A stretch of 64,000 nucleotides of DNA from Owenia fusiformis (GCA_903813345.2 CAIIXF020000001.1:7192001-7256000), one strand, 5' to 3'; shown: positions 25,201 through 38,851, counted from the first letter of the stretch. Translations and numbers: made by a program. The notes: generated by a model not told the origin, from the letters alone.

Positions 25201-28200
25201 GGATGACTGAGTTATTCACATTTGTTTGGGTTAACTTTTTTGGATCACTCTGTACCTCACCAATATAGCAAAACCATGCAATTGTTGTAAAGAATTTGAT
25301 AATTTTCATCGTAATATCTGATGTGATATCGCATATACATATAATATATTATATATATTGAAAGGGTACATAGTTTTCTTTGTATAAGCATTTGAGTAAG
25401 CATTTTCAAAATGATATCTCAGCAATGCAATCATTAGCCATTTTAGCAACTCTCTTACAACTTTATTCTTCCCTTGAAATTTCTGCCACCCATTTGCAAA
25501 CCAGAAACGTAACTATTCAAGATTCGTTTTGCTCTTTATACTGGTATGTTTTTCATGTTAATCTGTTACTCCACAGTAAGTGGAAACCAGTCACTTTATA
25601 CTTGAATCACTCCTGATGGTTATGGTAGCTGTTAGTGAATCAGCAATTCAATAAATTGATGGTACATCTGATTGACTGATTGACTGATTTCACTATTTTA
25701 AATGTGGGGTTAAACTAATTCTAAAATACTATTTAGAACCTATTGTGGGCGCCATTTTTGATTTTTAAAAGTTCTTGTAAGATTTTAAGATGGCCATCAC
25801 AACAGCCCTAGCTAATATCTAACATGGTGAGTACCGAGTACAGGAGAAAATACATAAAATCAAACATAAGTTTGTATGAACACTTCAAATTTTCTGGAAT
25901 CTGTTGAAAAATCATAAAACACATCATAGTCATATACATGTAAATTCTTTCTCTTGATATATATGTTTACTATGTAGGAAATAATTTTCTCCTATACTGA
26001 TAAAGATGTTTTATTTGGGCCGCCATTTTGAAAGAAGGTAGGTCAATATAACATTTTCATTCAATAATTTGAACCATCACAGCTCCAATATTGTATTAAA
26101 AATAGCAATTAGCGTGTTTAAGATATAGCAGCATTAAAACAATTGGACTAAGCTTCCCTTCAAGAATATTTTCATTATAAAGGTAAAATCTATTACAGAG
26201 TGGTGATTAAATTGCAAGCAATGAATTAACCAATGTGATCTTAAAAATATTTAAACATGATCAACATTATCTTATACAACAGAAAAGTTACTAAAGATTT
26301 CATGATTCAAAATTAATGTCAAAACTCAAAATATTAATATGGTGCACCAAAATAGATACATGAAAACAATATGTTAAAATAAAATTAAACCAAGAACTAG
26401 CCTTGCCCAAGTCGGTCTCTTTTACTTATCTTGTTTCTATTATGACCGCCGGTAATAATTCAAGATCAGATAAGTAAAAAATACCGACTTGGGCAAGGCT
26501 AACCAAGAACCAGCAGTTATAATAACACAAATCAAACTTTATCAACAGCACACAAGCACATTTTACAAACACTGCAAAATGCAAACTATTGTAGAAAAAT
26601 AAACAAATGGGATGCCCAGGAAACATGCATTCAGCCTTATCCATGCACGCATTGAACCAATGACTGCTATCTAAAATGGGCTACAGGTATGTAGTAAACA
26701 CATGCTTTGGTATTTTCGATGTTATTAAATAGGTTTATCAATTTTCCTTTTTGTGCAAGATTTCAGTCATCCCAGAGCCAAGTTTCCTGGGTTTGGCTAG
26801 ACTCGCCTCAATGCCCTTGAATGGACAATTAGTGACGAATCAGCCAGGAAGAAAAACACGACGAGGCAAAAAATATTTCCAAACCTTGCAACGCTTGCCT
26901 GGCAATAGAACACAATGATAACCCTTACATAATGAGATTGTTCACAATTGAATCAAAAATTGACGATTTAAGATTAAACATCTATAAAAGTAGTTACAAT
27001 TAATTTACAACTCATCATTGCAGAGGAATATTTCCCGAAGGTTTTTAAAAAAGCGACATGGCAAGCGCCTTGTCTTCCTCATCCTGGCTACTCTCAACAC
27101 AATTGCCAGGTTACTTTAAAATTCATGGTAAAACACCCCTTGGCCCAGCAGCTGTATTACAAAAATTGAGGATTAATCTTATATAACATGGATTAACTAA
27201 ATACAGGTATAATGAGATACAGTAAGGGTTGGGAGGCTAAAGTAGTGTTGTAATAGAAAAGTACATGTTTATTGTCTAACCACAATGAGAGTATAGTGAT
27301 CACATAATGATCAAAAGCAAAGATAGGCTACGGTTCACATAACTGCATTTTGAATTTGAGCCTTTCTGGTTATCAAATGTAAAAGAAAGTAAGCCATATG
27401 AAGTTGTATGAAGAATGTACAGTAAACCCTATCTGAGTGGAACACATTTGGTACCTCTAAAAAAATTGGAGGTGTTCCACTTTTAGAGGTTCATTCAACA
27501 TTAAATGAGTTTGTCTTGGGTCTTGAGACTCTGAGGAGTGTTCCATTACAGAGGTGTAATACTTCTAGAGGTGTTCCACTCTATAGGTTTCACTGTAATT
27601 GCAAAACCAGATGGCAGAGAGGTGCAACTTACAGGGTCTGCAAATTCAGACATAGGGGAGCTTCCTACAGGGATAACTTCATAGTCGCTTGGTGTATCTA
27701 CCATGTCAGCACCACTCTAACAATCACAGCAAATCAATACACTGTATACCCAAGTAATAGACCAATTGCACTATTTTCTGATAATCACATGGGTCTTAAA
27801 GTACTTTATACTCTTATTTACTATATGGCTTTTTAAGGATTTTAAACTAGTTGTGCACAGAAATTTTCAAGGTCTCAAAGTGTGGGGGTACAGTGGGCGG
27901 TTGCAGAGTGGGGGCCTTGGTCAATAAGAGTCACAAAAGTGGTGTACTGAGCATTTAAACTGACAGGGACACAACAGGAGGTAATCAACTTTAAGAAATG
28001 CATATGTATTTGCAATAATCAAGCTTAGACTGGGATAGACATTTTATATTGACAGACATTTAAAAGTAACAAAGGCAAGGAAAGGATTCATTTATGTAAG
28101 ATCAATATATCCCTGAGGATATGTTAATTTCAATTGTCTTTGTGACTGAACTGTAGTATATGCGTGATGAACATGGTTAAAGATGAATGATTAACCAACA

Positions 28201-31200
28201 AACAAGACTACACGTCAACATTAATTTGTAAAATTTTAAGCTACAGAGGAACGAACACACTGGTATATAAGTTTTCAGAGTACAAAGCACACATGCTTGA
28301 ATTCTGGTTTCAGTTGAATACAGTAAAACCTTTCTAATCCAGACACAAATGGAACCAGCCAAAATATCTGAATTAGCATTTCATATTTCAAGGTTGTTTT
28401 CTTAAAATATGAGTTCATGGGAGATTACAAAAAAGGGACTGAGAATAAGTGTTCATATTGAGAGGTGTTTGGATTAAGAGAGGTGTTCGGATATACAGGT
28501 TTTACTGTGCAGTACATTACAAGGCCCGGGTCGTTAAATAAATATCAATTCGAATGCTTCCATTTTCATATCTATGAATCTAGTTGACATTTTTAGATAC
28601 GGTGGTTTATGAGACATAAGTCTGAAATATTCAGTATTAAAGAACTAGAACTAGTATGAGAGACACATGGATCAAAGATCACACAAAATACAATATTTCA
28701 CTTACTGGACTAGATTCCTCTGGGGTGTTGTCATCGAGAATGGGGTGCTGTTCGAGAATGTCAGACATTTTGGCAGAAGAAATAGTGCTGGCATCTGGTG
28801 TGTATTGGCTGAGAAGTGACCGGAAACTTTGAGCTGTTATAAAAAGGAAAGTTAGTTGGAAGAAAATAACAATGAAGTTAACTGATAGTGACAATATAAA
28901 GTCAAAAATTCCATAGATATTCTAAGATACTGGAGAAGTTCTTGGTAAAAACAGGCAGAAGTCTCGTACTAAGATGGTGGGATCAAATGTAATCAATGTA
29001 ATTGCCTTCAATGAGATTTTTTGAATGAAATATTGCGTTGATCAAATAATGATGCTTTGCTGTCTTGAAAACACAAAAAGCAAGAAGAATTGCTTCCTGA
29101 GGTTGCTGCAAAACGAACTTACCTTTAGGTTTTGTAGTTTGACTTTCAGTAGAATCATTTAGTTGGCTATCATTGGCATCTTGGTCACCATCAAACTGAG
29201 AGGACCAACCAGTCATCTGGCCGAGACCAAGGTTATTACCCAGACTTCCAGGTAATATTTCACTCTCTTTACCATCTTCTGAACTTCCCTTGTCATCTTG
29301 ATTTGATTCTTTTTCACGATTACTATCAGTGTCCGAAAAACTTTCACGTAATTTTGATGGAATTGTGACTGGTATTGTTTCAATAGTTGTTGCCATAGCA
29401 GTCGTTGTGACAGGATCCAGTGCTTCAGATTTTATCCTCTCTGACAGTATATCAGGTAGACCTATACCTATAGTTCCTTTTGCTGTTTTTGATGCATCTT
29501 CTTTACTTTCAGCCTCTGCTTTAGATTCAACAGGTTTATCATCCACAGCCTCTCCAGCTAGAACCTTCTCTTCAATCTTTTGTCTCTCCATCTTGAGGAA
29601 TTCCTCAATCGCAGCATCTTCTTCCCGTTTCTTCATCCTTGCTTCATATTTCTCAATTGGTTCCAACTCTGGTTCTATTTGGTCCTGTTGGAGCACATGA
29701 GACTCATCTATAGCCCTACCACGTACATTATCAGGGTCAGGGCATGAGATGGGACTTGCTCCAGAGCTCTCTGAGCCAGCCACAGCATTAACAGCCATTG
29801 CTAGCTTTCTCATGTCTTCAATGTCTTTACCTGTTAAAGCACCAGTTCCATATGGTGTATTAGGTGGAACCTTTGGTGTTGAAAAGTTGGATAGATTTTC
29901 AACAGTCAAAGGGGAACTTTCCACAGATGCAGTCTCAGTGTGATGTTTAGATGGCGCAACCCCGTGGCGGCCACTTCCAGAGCGGGATCGTGGCTTTGTG
30001 CTTCGTACATGTATAGGACTCGTATCCTCTGTGGGTATTTCAATGACAGGAGCAGGAGGGGGTGAGCAGGCCATGTCCGTGGCACTTGATACAGACACTG
30101 AATAAGTAAAAACACAAAATATGAACATTTTTATGACTTATATTTTACATAAAGTAGAATACCTAGCCTTGCCCAAGTCGGTATTTTATTTACTTATCTG
30201 ATCTTGAATTATCATAATAGAAATCAAGATAAGTAAAAGAGACCGACTTGGGCAAGGCTATAAAATACCTGTTGATGTGTAAAACAAAAAATATATAAAA
30301 TCTGGGCCTGTTGCTCCAGTTGCCGAGGATCCTAACATTCACTATCTTTATAAATGAAAATTTGAAACATCTAATTCCTCTTTCCCATTGAATAGCAAAG
30401 ATTTCCCACAAAACTAAAGCCTCAAATCATCCTACTGCCTCTGCCAGACCAAATAAAGACATGGCATGAAATGTTTTAGCTTCCAAAATGACCAGAAGGA
30501 TGTTGTAATTATTGAGCTAGCTACTTATATAATATGATGTTTAATATTTCCATGAATGTAGTTTGAATTTTATTGATTCACATTTGATATACAAAGCCAC
30601 ACTTGAATAGATCTATAGGCAAAAACTAATGGCTTCTATTTTAGCAAAGTGTATATCAGAGACCCTAAACCAAGCCAATATAGACATACTTATTTGTTTT
30701 TTTTTAAAAATACTGGAACGTCAATGGCTTCAGGTTTTGGTTATTTAATAAGGTTTCATTTAATTCAAATTTCTGTCAAAATTTAAGATAAAGTAAAACT
30801 TTCATCTCACGCTCACATCAATTCAATTAAAAAGTTTCAAAGTGTGTAAACAAATTCAAATTTATCCCAAACAAGTGGACCTGTACACTGTATAAATAAC
30901 AATAAAATATTGTCCACCAATGATTGTAAGTTCCACCGCCTCTACTATCCCTTAAAGGGGTATTCCTTGCCAGACCATCTCTCTCCTAATATGGTAGCTA
31001 TAACCATATACATACTTTGCAAGTTTATCAAAAAACAAAAAAATGTTTTGAAATGGTCAATATTGATCACTAAAAAATGTAGTGCTCAATTCCAGTAGGC
31101 TGCCATCTTTTAAAATTTCACTCAGGAAGTGACTCTCAACTTTGCATATAACATTAGGTAAGGAGCTATTAGAATTACTAAACCAGCTGAATATTTTTTC

Positions 31201-34200
31201 AATTTGGTCTACGATTAAAATCCTTTTGATGATCTCTTCTTTAGTTCTAAGTTGACAACTCCTGAACATATTTTTACACAGAAGATAAGGGCTTCTTGTT
31301 TAGAAGAGATTTTGTACTTCTTTCCTATACTGTAATAGACAAGGTTATAACAGGTGAGAGTCGATGACATCACTTCCTGAAAGAAATCTGAAAAGATGGC
31401 AGCTTACTGGGAATGAGTACTACATTTTTAAATGATCAATATTGACCATATGAAAACATTTTCCCATGTTTTGCTAAATATGTAAAGTATATATATGATT
31501 GTAGCTACCATATCAGGGGAGAAATAGTCTGGCAAGGAATGTTCCTTTAAGGGGATTGATGTAGAGGGACTCTCCTAAATCAGAACGATCAGCAATTGTT
31601 CATACACATACATACCTGTCCTTGATACAACTGCCCTTGGCGTTGGTTGGGACTCCAGTAACCCACATAGTATCAAAGGGGTGGGGGTCCAAATATTCAA
31701 GACACTAGAATTGTAGGAGAGTTGGAAAGAGTATGAAGTCAAACTTAGTAGATATGACTTCAGAATTTCTGGTTGTTCTTCATCCCGCAGATATGACGTC
31801 CTCTTATAGAAGTATCTAAAATGAAGCAATCAAGTAATCAATCAACCAATCAATCAAGCAACAAGTTAATGGATCAATCAATCATTCAATAAATAAAGAC
31901 TGATGGCTTATGTTCCGTCATTATATTCCTGACCCCACCTTAATTAGAGATTTAGCCTCTATAGAAGCATTTTACAATCATAACTCACTTTTTATGTTTC
32001 CTTCATTCGGATCTTTCACATTTATATTCTTATTGTACAACTTTCAAACAAAGCTTGTCTGAATAAGTCAGTCATATGCTTTACTTAATAATTCAAGCAA
32101 ATCACAATATGGAAGTACACTGTAGATAGAGAAAGTGAATGGCTTTACTAGGATGAGTACCACTTACTTGACAGTTGCCTTGTCTTTAAGCATTGCATCA
32201 AGGTAGCTCTCCATGAGATAATCATTCAATGCCATCCTGACCCAGGCCTACATTGACAAAATATAAACCCTGCTCAAGTTAAATTGAAATACAAGCATTC
32301 CTAATTTTAGGTATAACACAACTAAGTAAAACCAGTATTATGTGGAACACTGGTGGTTCCTCAAGAGAGAGTTCCACATTGAAGCCTTATAACCTACAGG
32401 TGTTCACTTTATATAAAATCAATGGCATCAGGACTTGAAAAAGTGTTCCACTTAGAGATGTTCCCCTTAAAATGTTTTACTGGACAATTTTAATACATGA
32501 ATATTCTATGAATCAAAGTTAACCACAATAGTCTACAATCCTATATGCTGGTATAGAACTTTCTGTAACAGTTTAGACTTACCCTACACATGCCAACAGT
32601 TGTTGTGATCTGGCCTAGATGGGTAAGCTGAGATATGACATCCTTGTGGGTGAACTTACACAGGAAATTCCAGAAATCCTAGTAATATAAAATTTTCTTA
32701 ATAATAATTTGTCAATACAATTGCATATGTAATAGGTACTATGTATTTCCATTTCTCTTTTCATTATTTAATACATATGACTCGGGACTACATAAAATAC
32801 TACGAGCATTTTTTTATTTAAAATAGGGTAATCTGGTATCTAGCAGACAAATAAGTAAATGAACTATTGTACAAACAAATAAATAATTGTAGTGACCCAA
32901 GTATCACAGAAACAATGTACAGTACACATAGAATAATACAATACATACATGTACATATCAAAAATGAATGCAAAATCTAATGAGTTCAAGGTTTTCATAT
33001 CAGAACCATCATTGAATTTGTAAGGCAGTGTGTCAAGAAATGCACAAAAAAGAAAAATGAAACCAGCTGCCACCTATGTTGATTGACAAAGAAAACATAT
33101 TGCCATTTACCAGTTCATTCTCCTTGATATCAGGGGTAGGTCCTCCTAAGTAGGATGAGATCTGAAATAGTAGGAGGAGCAATTTATACATGTCATCCAT
33201 ACATGGTATGTGGAGTATCCATCCATCGGATGTCTGTTGTTTAATCCCACACTGTAACTATAGAAACCATGATAAATGAATAAGATAACTATAGACTCAT
33301 GAATTAAATTGAGGAATTGTTCCAGAATGAAGCCTTGATTTTGGCATTTCTCATAGTGCGTGTAGGATTACATTCTTTATCTGGTGTTCTCTTACCTTAC
33401 TCCCAATGGATGATTTGAGGCCATGTAGGAAAACAGCCTCCAAAGCACTGCATACTGCATTGGCATGGTCCCCACTAGAAAGGACAATAACACAACTTAC
33501 TCATTAATCATCTTCTGGAGTTCAAAAAAGTTTTGATACAGAAACAATATACAAATCTTGAAATATCACAAATAACCATGAATTCATTTATATTTAAATC
33601 ATGAAAAAACTCACCAAATTTACCAAACCAAATTATATTTCACAGAAACTCAAACATACTGTCTGTTCTTCAGTTAAAGTGTCAACAAGGCCTGTAGAGA
33701 GAAAAATTGAAAAAATTCAGAAGAGGAGTCCCACTTATAGATTTTTAAGATATAATACATTTCAAGATTTTAACTGCAGGAAATTCAGCTGAAATAATTT
33801 TCATTCAGGGGGTTTCTTTATAGATAATGAAAATAGATGTTAGCCTTGATGAAATATCCAAACTTCGATATATTTTAACACTTGGTCCATGATCGTTGGT
33901 AATGTCTCTGCACTAATTGTTGAATCTTTAAATCAGTTTTCTGATTCCTATTAGGATTGCTATACATGTACTAGGATATAATTAAGAGCAAGAATTGATC
34001 ATTGAAACAATGTTTACCTATGAATGACTTCATCTTTGTTGATATGTTCTTTCTGTAAAGCCTTTAATGCTCCAGCAAACTCTGCAGTTATAGTCTTCCT
34101 GATCCAATCTTCTCTACTCAACTCTTCAGGACTCAACTCTACAAATACAACAATATAAACATATACATCGATCCTCTTGGTCTAGCTTCCATCCCTTTTA

Positions 34201-37200
34201 CCCTGCCCCCTCTCCACACACCTGACCTCCTCTACTTAAAGAGATGAAATAAGTAATGGGGAGGTCCAGAAACTCTATAAAAAACTCCACTAAAAACCTC
34301 TCTTCTGTCATTTTCATATGTGACAATCAGAGATTGGTATGGTAATACATGTAATTTTTTTAAATTGTCTGAATTTTACAATCAAAACGCCTGGTATAGA
34401 AAAACTCAAAAATTTTTTTTTTAAGTTACCAGACTTCCAGTCCAGTATATTATAGAAGATAGATGGTGCTGATTATGTAATGTCGAAGTAAATTTTCTAT
34501 CTTTAATACCCCCATTTGATTAGATATTATAGATCATTTTCTCTGCTATATTTGTGATGGGGCAGGGAACTAATTATCTGGCAAACAGAAAAAAGCACTT
34601 CTGTTATTTTTCACCTGACATGTAGCAGCAGCTACATGTACTGACCTTACAATTCATCCATGCGTGCAATATATACTGCATGTTAATATTTCATTGTATT
34701 TTCAGACTCTGTTTATTTTGGCAAGAACTCTAAATGAATCTATGGAAATAATGTGACCCTGATCTTAATGAAATGGCAAACATCCAGAATCAGATTGAAT
34801 GTTATTAAACATCGCCAGATTGTCTTATTATTCCCTAATTACTGATAAATGTGTTCTTGCATAATAGACATAACAAACCAATAAGTTCATCAAAGGTGAA
34901 CAAAATATCAATACTTATTAATTAAAGTCCTCTTTGAGTATTCAACAGCATGTTAAATGGCAAATTGGGAAGGAGAAAGGTAACAGTGTTAAAAAAGCCA
35001 ATAGTATTAGGAAGAATAAAGGATCTTGATTTTCAGTTTTGAAGCAACTCGGCAGACTTTGAGCCAATAGAATTATGGTACAGTGAAATCAGGGTTATTG
35101 TAACATACGTACATTCTCAGAAAAAGTAAGTCACTTTGAATGTATCATACCATGGGATGAAAACCAATGATCATACATGTACTAACAATGGCATTTACTC
35201 ACAAAATCTTACTCAATTTATTCACAGTGTGGAGTTAGAACTTTCTCAAAAAATTCTTTAAGATTTGCACTACAAATCTAAGACGGCAGACTCTCGTTAA
35301 CTTCAACAAGTTAAACTCAATATACAGATATAAAGGAATTCTGGGGGATACAAATGACAAAATATTGAAAAAAAGCCAATAGTATTAGGAAGAATAAAGT
35401 AAAGGATCTTTATTTTCAGTTTTGAGGTTTCGAGGCAACTCGGCAGACTCTGAGCCAATATAATTACGGTAAAGTGAAATCAGGGTTATTGTAACATACG
35501 TACATACTCAGAAAAAGTAAGTCACTTTGAATGTATCATACAATGGGATGAAAACCAATGATCATACATGTACTAACAATGGCATTTACTCACAAAATCT
35601 TACTCAATTTATTCACAGTGTGGAGTTAGAGCTTTCTCAAAAAATCTTTAAGATTTGCACTACAAATCTAAGACGGCAGACTCTCGTTTACTTCAACAAG
35701 TTAAACTCAATATACCGATATTAAAGGAATTCTGGGAGATACAAGTGACAAAATATTGCTTTTGGGATGAGTTCAAACAACTTTGACATATTCTTTACCC
35801 TACCTACTTTGCAATTTAACAATCAACGCAAGTATACATACCACCATATCTAAGCAGATATAGGACAAATTCTAAAAAATATTTTCCGATTGATAAAATC
35901 ATGGGCTTTCAATTAGAGCTCATGATAAAATCATTGATTATAAAACCAGAAGTGTGTGCTCAAAAAAAATTTGAGCCAAAAAAAGCCTTAAGGCCCCCAA
36001 AAGTTGGCCTTTTTGGTCATAAATGGGCCTTCTAAGGCCTTGTTTTTTAATTTTAGGCCAAATTTTGAAGAAAATGGGCCTCAAAATTTCAAAATTTGGG
36101 CCCACTTTTTGGTTTTAGGGGCCCAAAATTTTTTTTTTCTCAGACCAGAAGTTTGGCCCCCCCCCCTTGTTGGTTCCCAGATCCGCCCCTGAGATATGTC
36201 AAATAAGACACTAGATTTACTTGCCAATGGTAATTGAAACCCCATGCTTATTCTTGGGTCAAAGTAGTTCAACAAGTTAAACCTAGTCTGGGCCTTATTT
36301 CTTATCTGACATATCTTGTGGCCCACCCTAGGTTTAACGTCCGTGCCTATTCGGCTCTTGATGCAAAAAAATTAATGGTGGTCTATGGCAGCGCATAGAA
36401 TTACATGCGCGTTTAATTATAGAATTTACAGAGGAACTAGTCCTACATAAACTCAAAAAGCTCAAAGCCTGCAAATCCCCCGGCCCCGATAATATTCCTG
36501 CAAGATTTCTACTGGAATGTTCACAAGAATTAGCCCTCCCTCTCAGTTTGCTTTTTACCAAATCTCTAGATTCAGGAACATTACCACCAATCTGAAAAGA
36601 TGGCGAGATAACGCCCATCCACAAAAAGGGTAAAAGAACAGCTCCCAGCAACTACCGTCCAATATCGCTAACTTGTATCCTGTGTAAGACCATGGAATCC
36701 ATAATTAGGGACGCAATGGTAAACCACATGGTGACGCTGGGCTTATTAACAGATGCCCAACACGGGTTTGTACCCGGGCGATCATGTAGCACCCAGCTGC
36801 TTACGGTACTTGAGGATTGGACAAGTCTACTCGATTCTGGCAACCCAATAGACGTAATCTATTTTGACTTTTCCCGGGCGTTTGACAGCGTACCGCACTG
36901 CAGACTACTTGAAAAACTGAACAGCTACGGCTTCAAGGGAAATCTTCTAAAGTGGCTGACTGCATTCCTGACAAACGATCTTCCCGAGAAAGTTAAAACC
37001 ACATTGAAAATTTTCGCCGATGATACAAAGTTGTACAGTGCTATACCCAGACAAGACGACATCACAAAACTACAAGAAGATATTAACGAACTTGTCAACT
37101 GGTTGGATAAATGGCTCCTCAAATTCGACTCCAGCAAATGTAAAGTTCTCCATCTGGGGAACAATAACAGCAACCACAAATATACACTAGACAACCAACC

Positions 37201-38430
37201 ACTGGAAGAAGTCACCAAAGAACGTGACCTTGGTGTGACCATCGACCAGGATTTAAAGTTCCATGACCATGTCTCCAACTGTGTAAATAAAGCAAATAAG
37301 ATTTTGGGTGCAATTAAAAGAACATTCTCCAACAAAGATGCAGATATTTTCCTCCCCCTATACACGACTCTAGTCCGCCCCCACCTGGAATACTGCACGG
37401 TTGCCTGGAATCCCAGATATCAATCGGACATTAACAAGATTGAGAAAATACAGAGGCGAGCCACCAAACTCATCACCGGCATGACTGACCTGTCTTATGA
37501 AGAACAACTGAAGCAGCTACATCTATTTCCCATGACATATAGGAGGAAAAGAGGAGACTTAATTCAAGTATATAAAATCATGAATGACATAGACAAGATA
37601 AAGCCATCCAATTTCTTTACCCCAAGTCATACCAACACAAGAGGCCACAGCCAGAAATTCTACAAATCCAGATGTAACCTTGCCCTGAGAAAAGGATTCT
37701 TCAGTCAACGTACAGTAGGCGACTGGAACAACCTCCCAGAGAACATAGTTACAGCCCTAACATTAGACGATTTCAAAGCAAAGGTCGACGCCTACTACTA
37801 CCCAGACATGTAAGATCACAGGGAACCTAGGATGATCAGTTCACATTACACTAGTATTTTTGCCCATGTTCAAAATAATTTTAGTGCAACTGTCACATTG
37901 AATTACACACACTACCGTCTTTGGGAAAAAAAATACCAAAGAAATTGAAAACTGCCCCATAAGAATCCATGTAAATAATAAAACCAGAAGGGAGGACAAC
38001 ACAGGACTAACCTTACCCTCCTAAACATGCTGATGATGATAAGCGATAGTGAGGATTTGCAACAAATGAAAGCATAGCACGGAAGTTAAACCCAATCACG
38101 GCAACAAGAACATTCAGATTAATAAATGAAAGCCGTGGTATTGGGTTTAACTTGTTGAACTAGGGTCAAAGGTGTCAACAGCATTGAAATTAATCTCAGC
38201 AGAACAATATAACAACAAAAATAAGTGATAATGTCTGAGTTTGAAATGGAAATACTACTAAATACATGTAGGTCAGGAAAAGAGAGAACAGGAAATCAGT
38301 GACAACACAATTGAACATTCAAAAATTCAGGATTTCAGTGCAGTTTTAAAGATATTTCAAAGAATATAAATGTAAGATATTACGTTTCACAGTTGCCCAG
38401 TTACTCACCTGATCTTCCGAATATATTCAT
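22214..38430 (-). CDS. PLEKHM1: PLEKHM1-like Rab7/Arl8 effector (RUN domain, disordered linker, Rubicon-homology Zn domain), ~880 aa. Exons: 38430-38409, 34138-34018, 33474-33396, 33161-33111, 32678-32583, 32247-32168, 31815-31616, 30097-29123, 28833-28706, 27716-27633, 24904-24802, 24609-24487, 23950-23838, 23341-23210, 22992-22822, 22378-22214
   Basis: 16 GT/AG exons join in frame (2643 nt). RUN motifs: ANAVCSALEAVFLHGL, FWNFLCKFTHKDVI, GMCRAWVRMALND, LTSYSFQLSYNSSVLNIWTPTPL. RH-domain motifs: EKGLDQQNYQCKGC, CSYDGAYYCYECH, IPSRIVQNWD, HVYDCTLCSQKGFLCEIC, CKAVFHKDC...CPKCERR. Confidence 0.92.
23370..23602. mobile_element. Tc1/mariner (pogo-like) MITE remnant with CAGTAAAACC terminus
   Basis: TA+CAGTAAAACCT start and GATTTTACTG end; internal gaacacct/aggtgttcc motifs shared with the 27420, 28321 and ~32325 copies. 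Confidence 0.55.
23961..24099 (+). mobile_element. Short Helentron/HINE-like element, internally deleted relative of 59574-60886
   Basis: Shares the start (aaacaaggcat..acatg..aaatgtcaccac) and the end (ggagac.ataacaatat...tggtggtgacataaaaa) with the long copy. Confidence 0.7.
25070..25252. mobile_element. Tc1/mariner-type MITE with TA target duplication
   Basis: TA|CAGAGTGAGCCAAAAA...TTTTTGGATCACTCTG|TA, with ~55-bp imperfect TIRs. Confidence 0.8.
26398..26501. mobile_element. ~100-bp palindromic MITE with TAG...CTA termini and 9-bp TSD
   Basis: TIR TAGCCTTGCCCAAGTCGGT; TSD ACCAAGAAC at 26389-26397 and 26502-26510. Confidence 0.9.
27420..27595. mobile_element. pogo/Tc1-like MITE
   Basis: TA|CAGTAAACCCTAT...ATAGGTTTCACTG|TA. 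Confidence 0.75.
28321..28508. mobile_element. pogo/Tc1-like MITE
   Basis: TA|CAGTAAAACCT...AGGTTTTACTG terminal inverted repeats. Confidence 0.7.
30164..30260. mobile_element. Second copy, opposite orientation, of the TAGCCTTGCCCAAGTCGGT MITE
   Basis: Same TIR as 26398; 9-bp TSD TAGAATACC/TAAAATACC with one mismatch. Confidence 0.88.
30956..31546. mobile_element. Non-autonomous TIR element with TTAA TSD and AGG termini (Kolobok-like)
   Basis: TTAA|AGGGGTATTCCTTGCCAGAC...GTCTGGCAAGGAATGTTCCT|TTAA, with ~170-bp imperfect TIRs. Confidence 0.8.
34991..35758. repeat. ~380-bp tandem duplication (2 copies) in PLEKHM1 intron 1
   Basis: 34991-35367 and 35368-35758 both run from aaaaaagccaatagtattaggaag to gacaaaatattg with high identity. 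Confidence 0.92.
35945..36191 (-). mobile_element. hAT-type MITE fragment
   Basis: Ends in GATCCGCCCCTG (CAGGGGCGGATC on the - strand), a common hAT-MITE terminus, with internal gggccc/aaaattt repeats. The other end was not found. Confidence 0.45.
36265..38162. mobile_element. TIR DNA element (TAG...CTA termini, 9-bp TSD) containing a CR1-like LINE
   Basis: 19-bp TIR TAGTTCAACAAGTTAAACC / GGTTTAACTTGTTGAACTA; TSD GGGTCAAAG at 36256-36264 and 38163-38171. Confidence 0.85.
36416..38040 (+). mobile_element. 5'-truncated, defective CR1-type non-LTR retrotransposon (RT pseudogene)
   Basis: Motifs KSPGPDNI, NYRPISLT, QHGFVPGRSC, YFDFSRAFDSVPH, IFADDTK, LVRPHLEYC, TRGHSQK, FFSQRTVGDWNNLP. Premature TGA at 36593. 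In-frame deletion near 36975 removes the GVPQGSVLGP motif. (GAT)n tail ends at 38040. Confidence 0.92.
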
Positions 38431-38851
38431 ATTGCTGTCAAGTGTTCAGTATAACGAAGACTAGCATTTTATTATCAATAGGGCCTAGTTGAAAACGACT
38501 CAATCTGTGTTTTTGTTTTTCAAATAGGTCAAAGTTGAAATCCTATCCGCATTTTCGTATAAAACTAAAATCGACACCAATGGTATTTTACTGTTAAAAT
38601 GCGTATTTATTAATTTCCAATTTATTAATATAATATTTTTTTATTTTATCTTCGATATTTGGTCGATAGAGTCACCCTGAAACTGCAACACAAAAAAGGG
38701 AAATTAAAATATGACGTCATGGCTATTGGGAATTACCTTTGTCAAATTTTGACATTTTCAAAATAAATATATTTTTTCATTCTTTTGCTTCGATAAACAC
38801 GGTATTTTTGTTCCGATATTGAAACAAAGTAAAGACATATGGGGAAGAAAG
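38431..38851. promoter_or_regulatory. Putative bidirectional promoter (PLEKHM1 / caspase-like gene) with palindromic CRE ATGACGTCAT at 38711-38720
   Basis: PLEKHM1 ATG at 38430 (-). A + strand AG|GTGAGT donor at 38852 suggests a non-coding first exon of the divergent gene, with an acceptor at 39192 before ATG 39223. Confidence 0.6.

Noticed and set aside
29329-29943. + strand ORFs within the large PLEKHM1 exon
   Set aside because: Antisense shadows of the - strand coding exon.
36334-37398. - strand ORFs over the CR1 element
   Set aside because: Typical antisense frames of LINE RT sequence.
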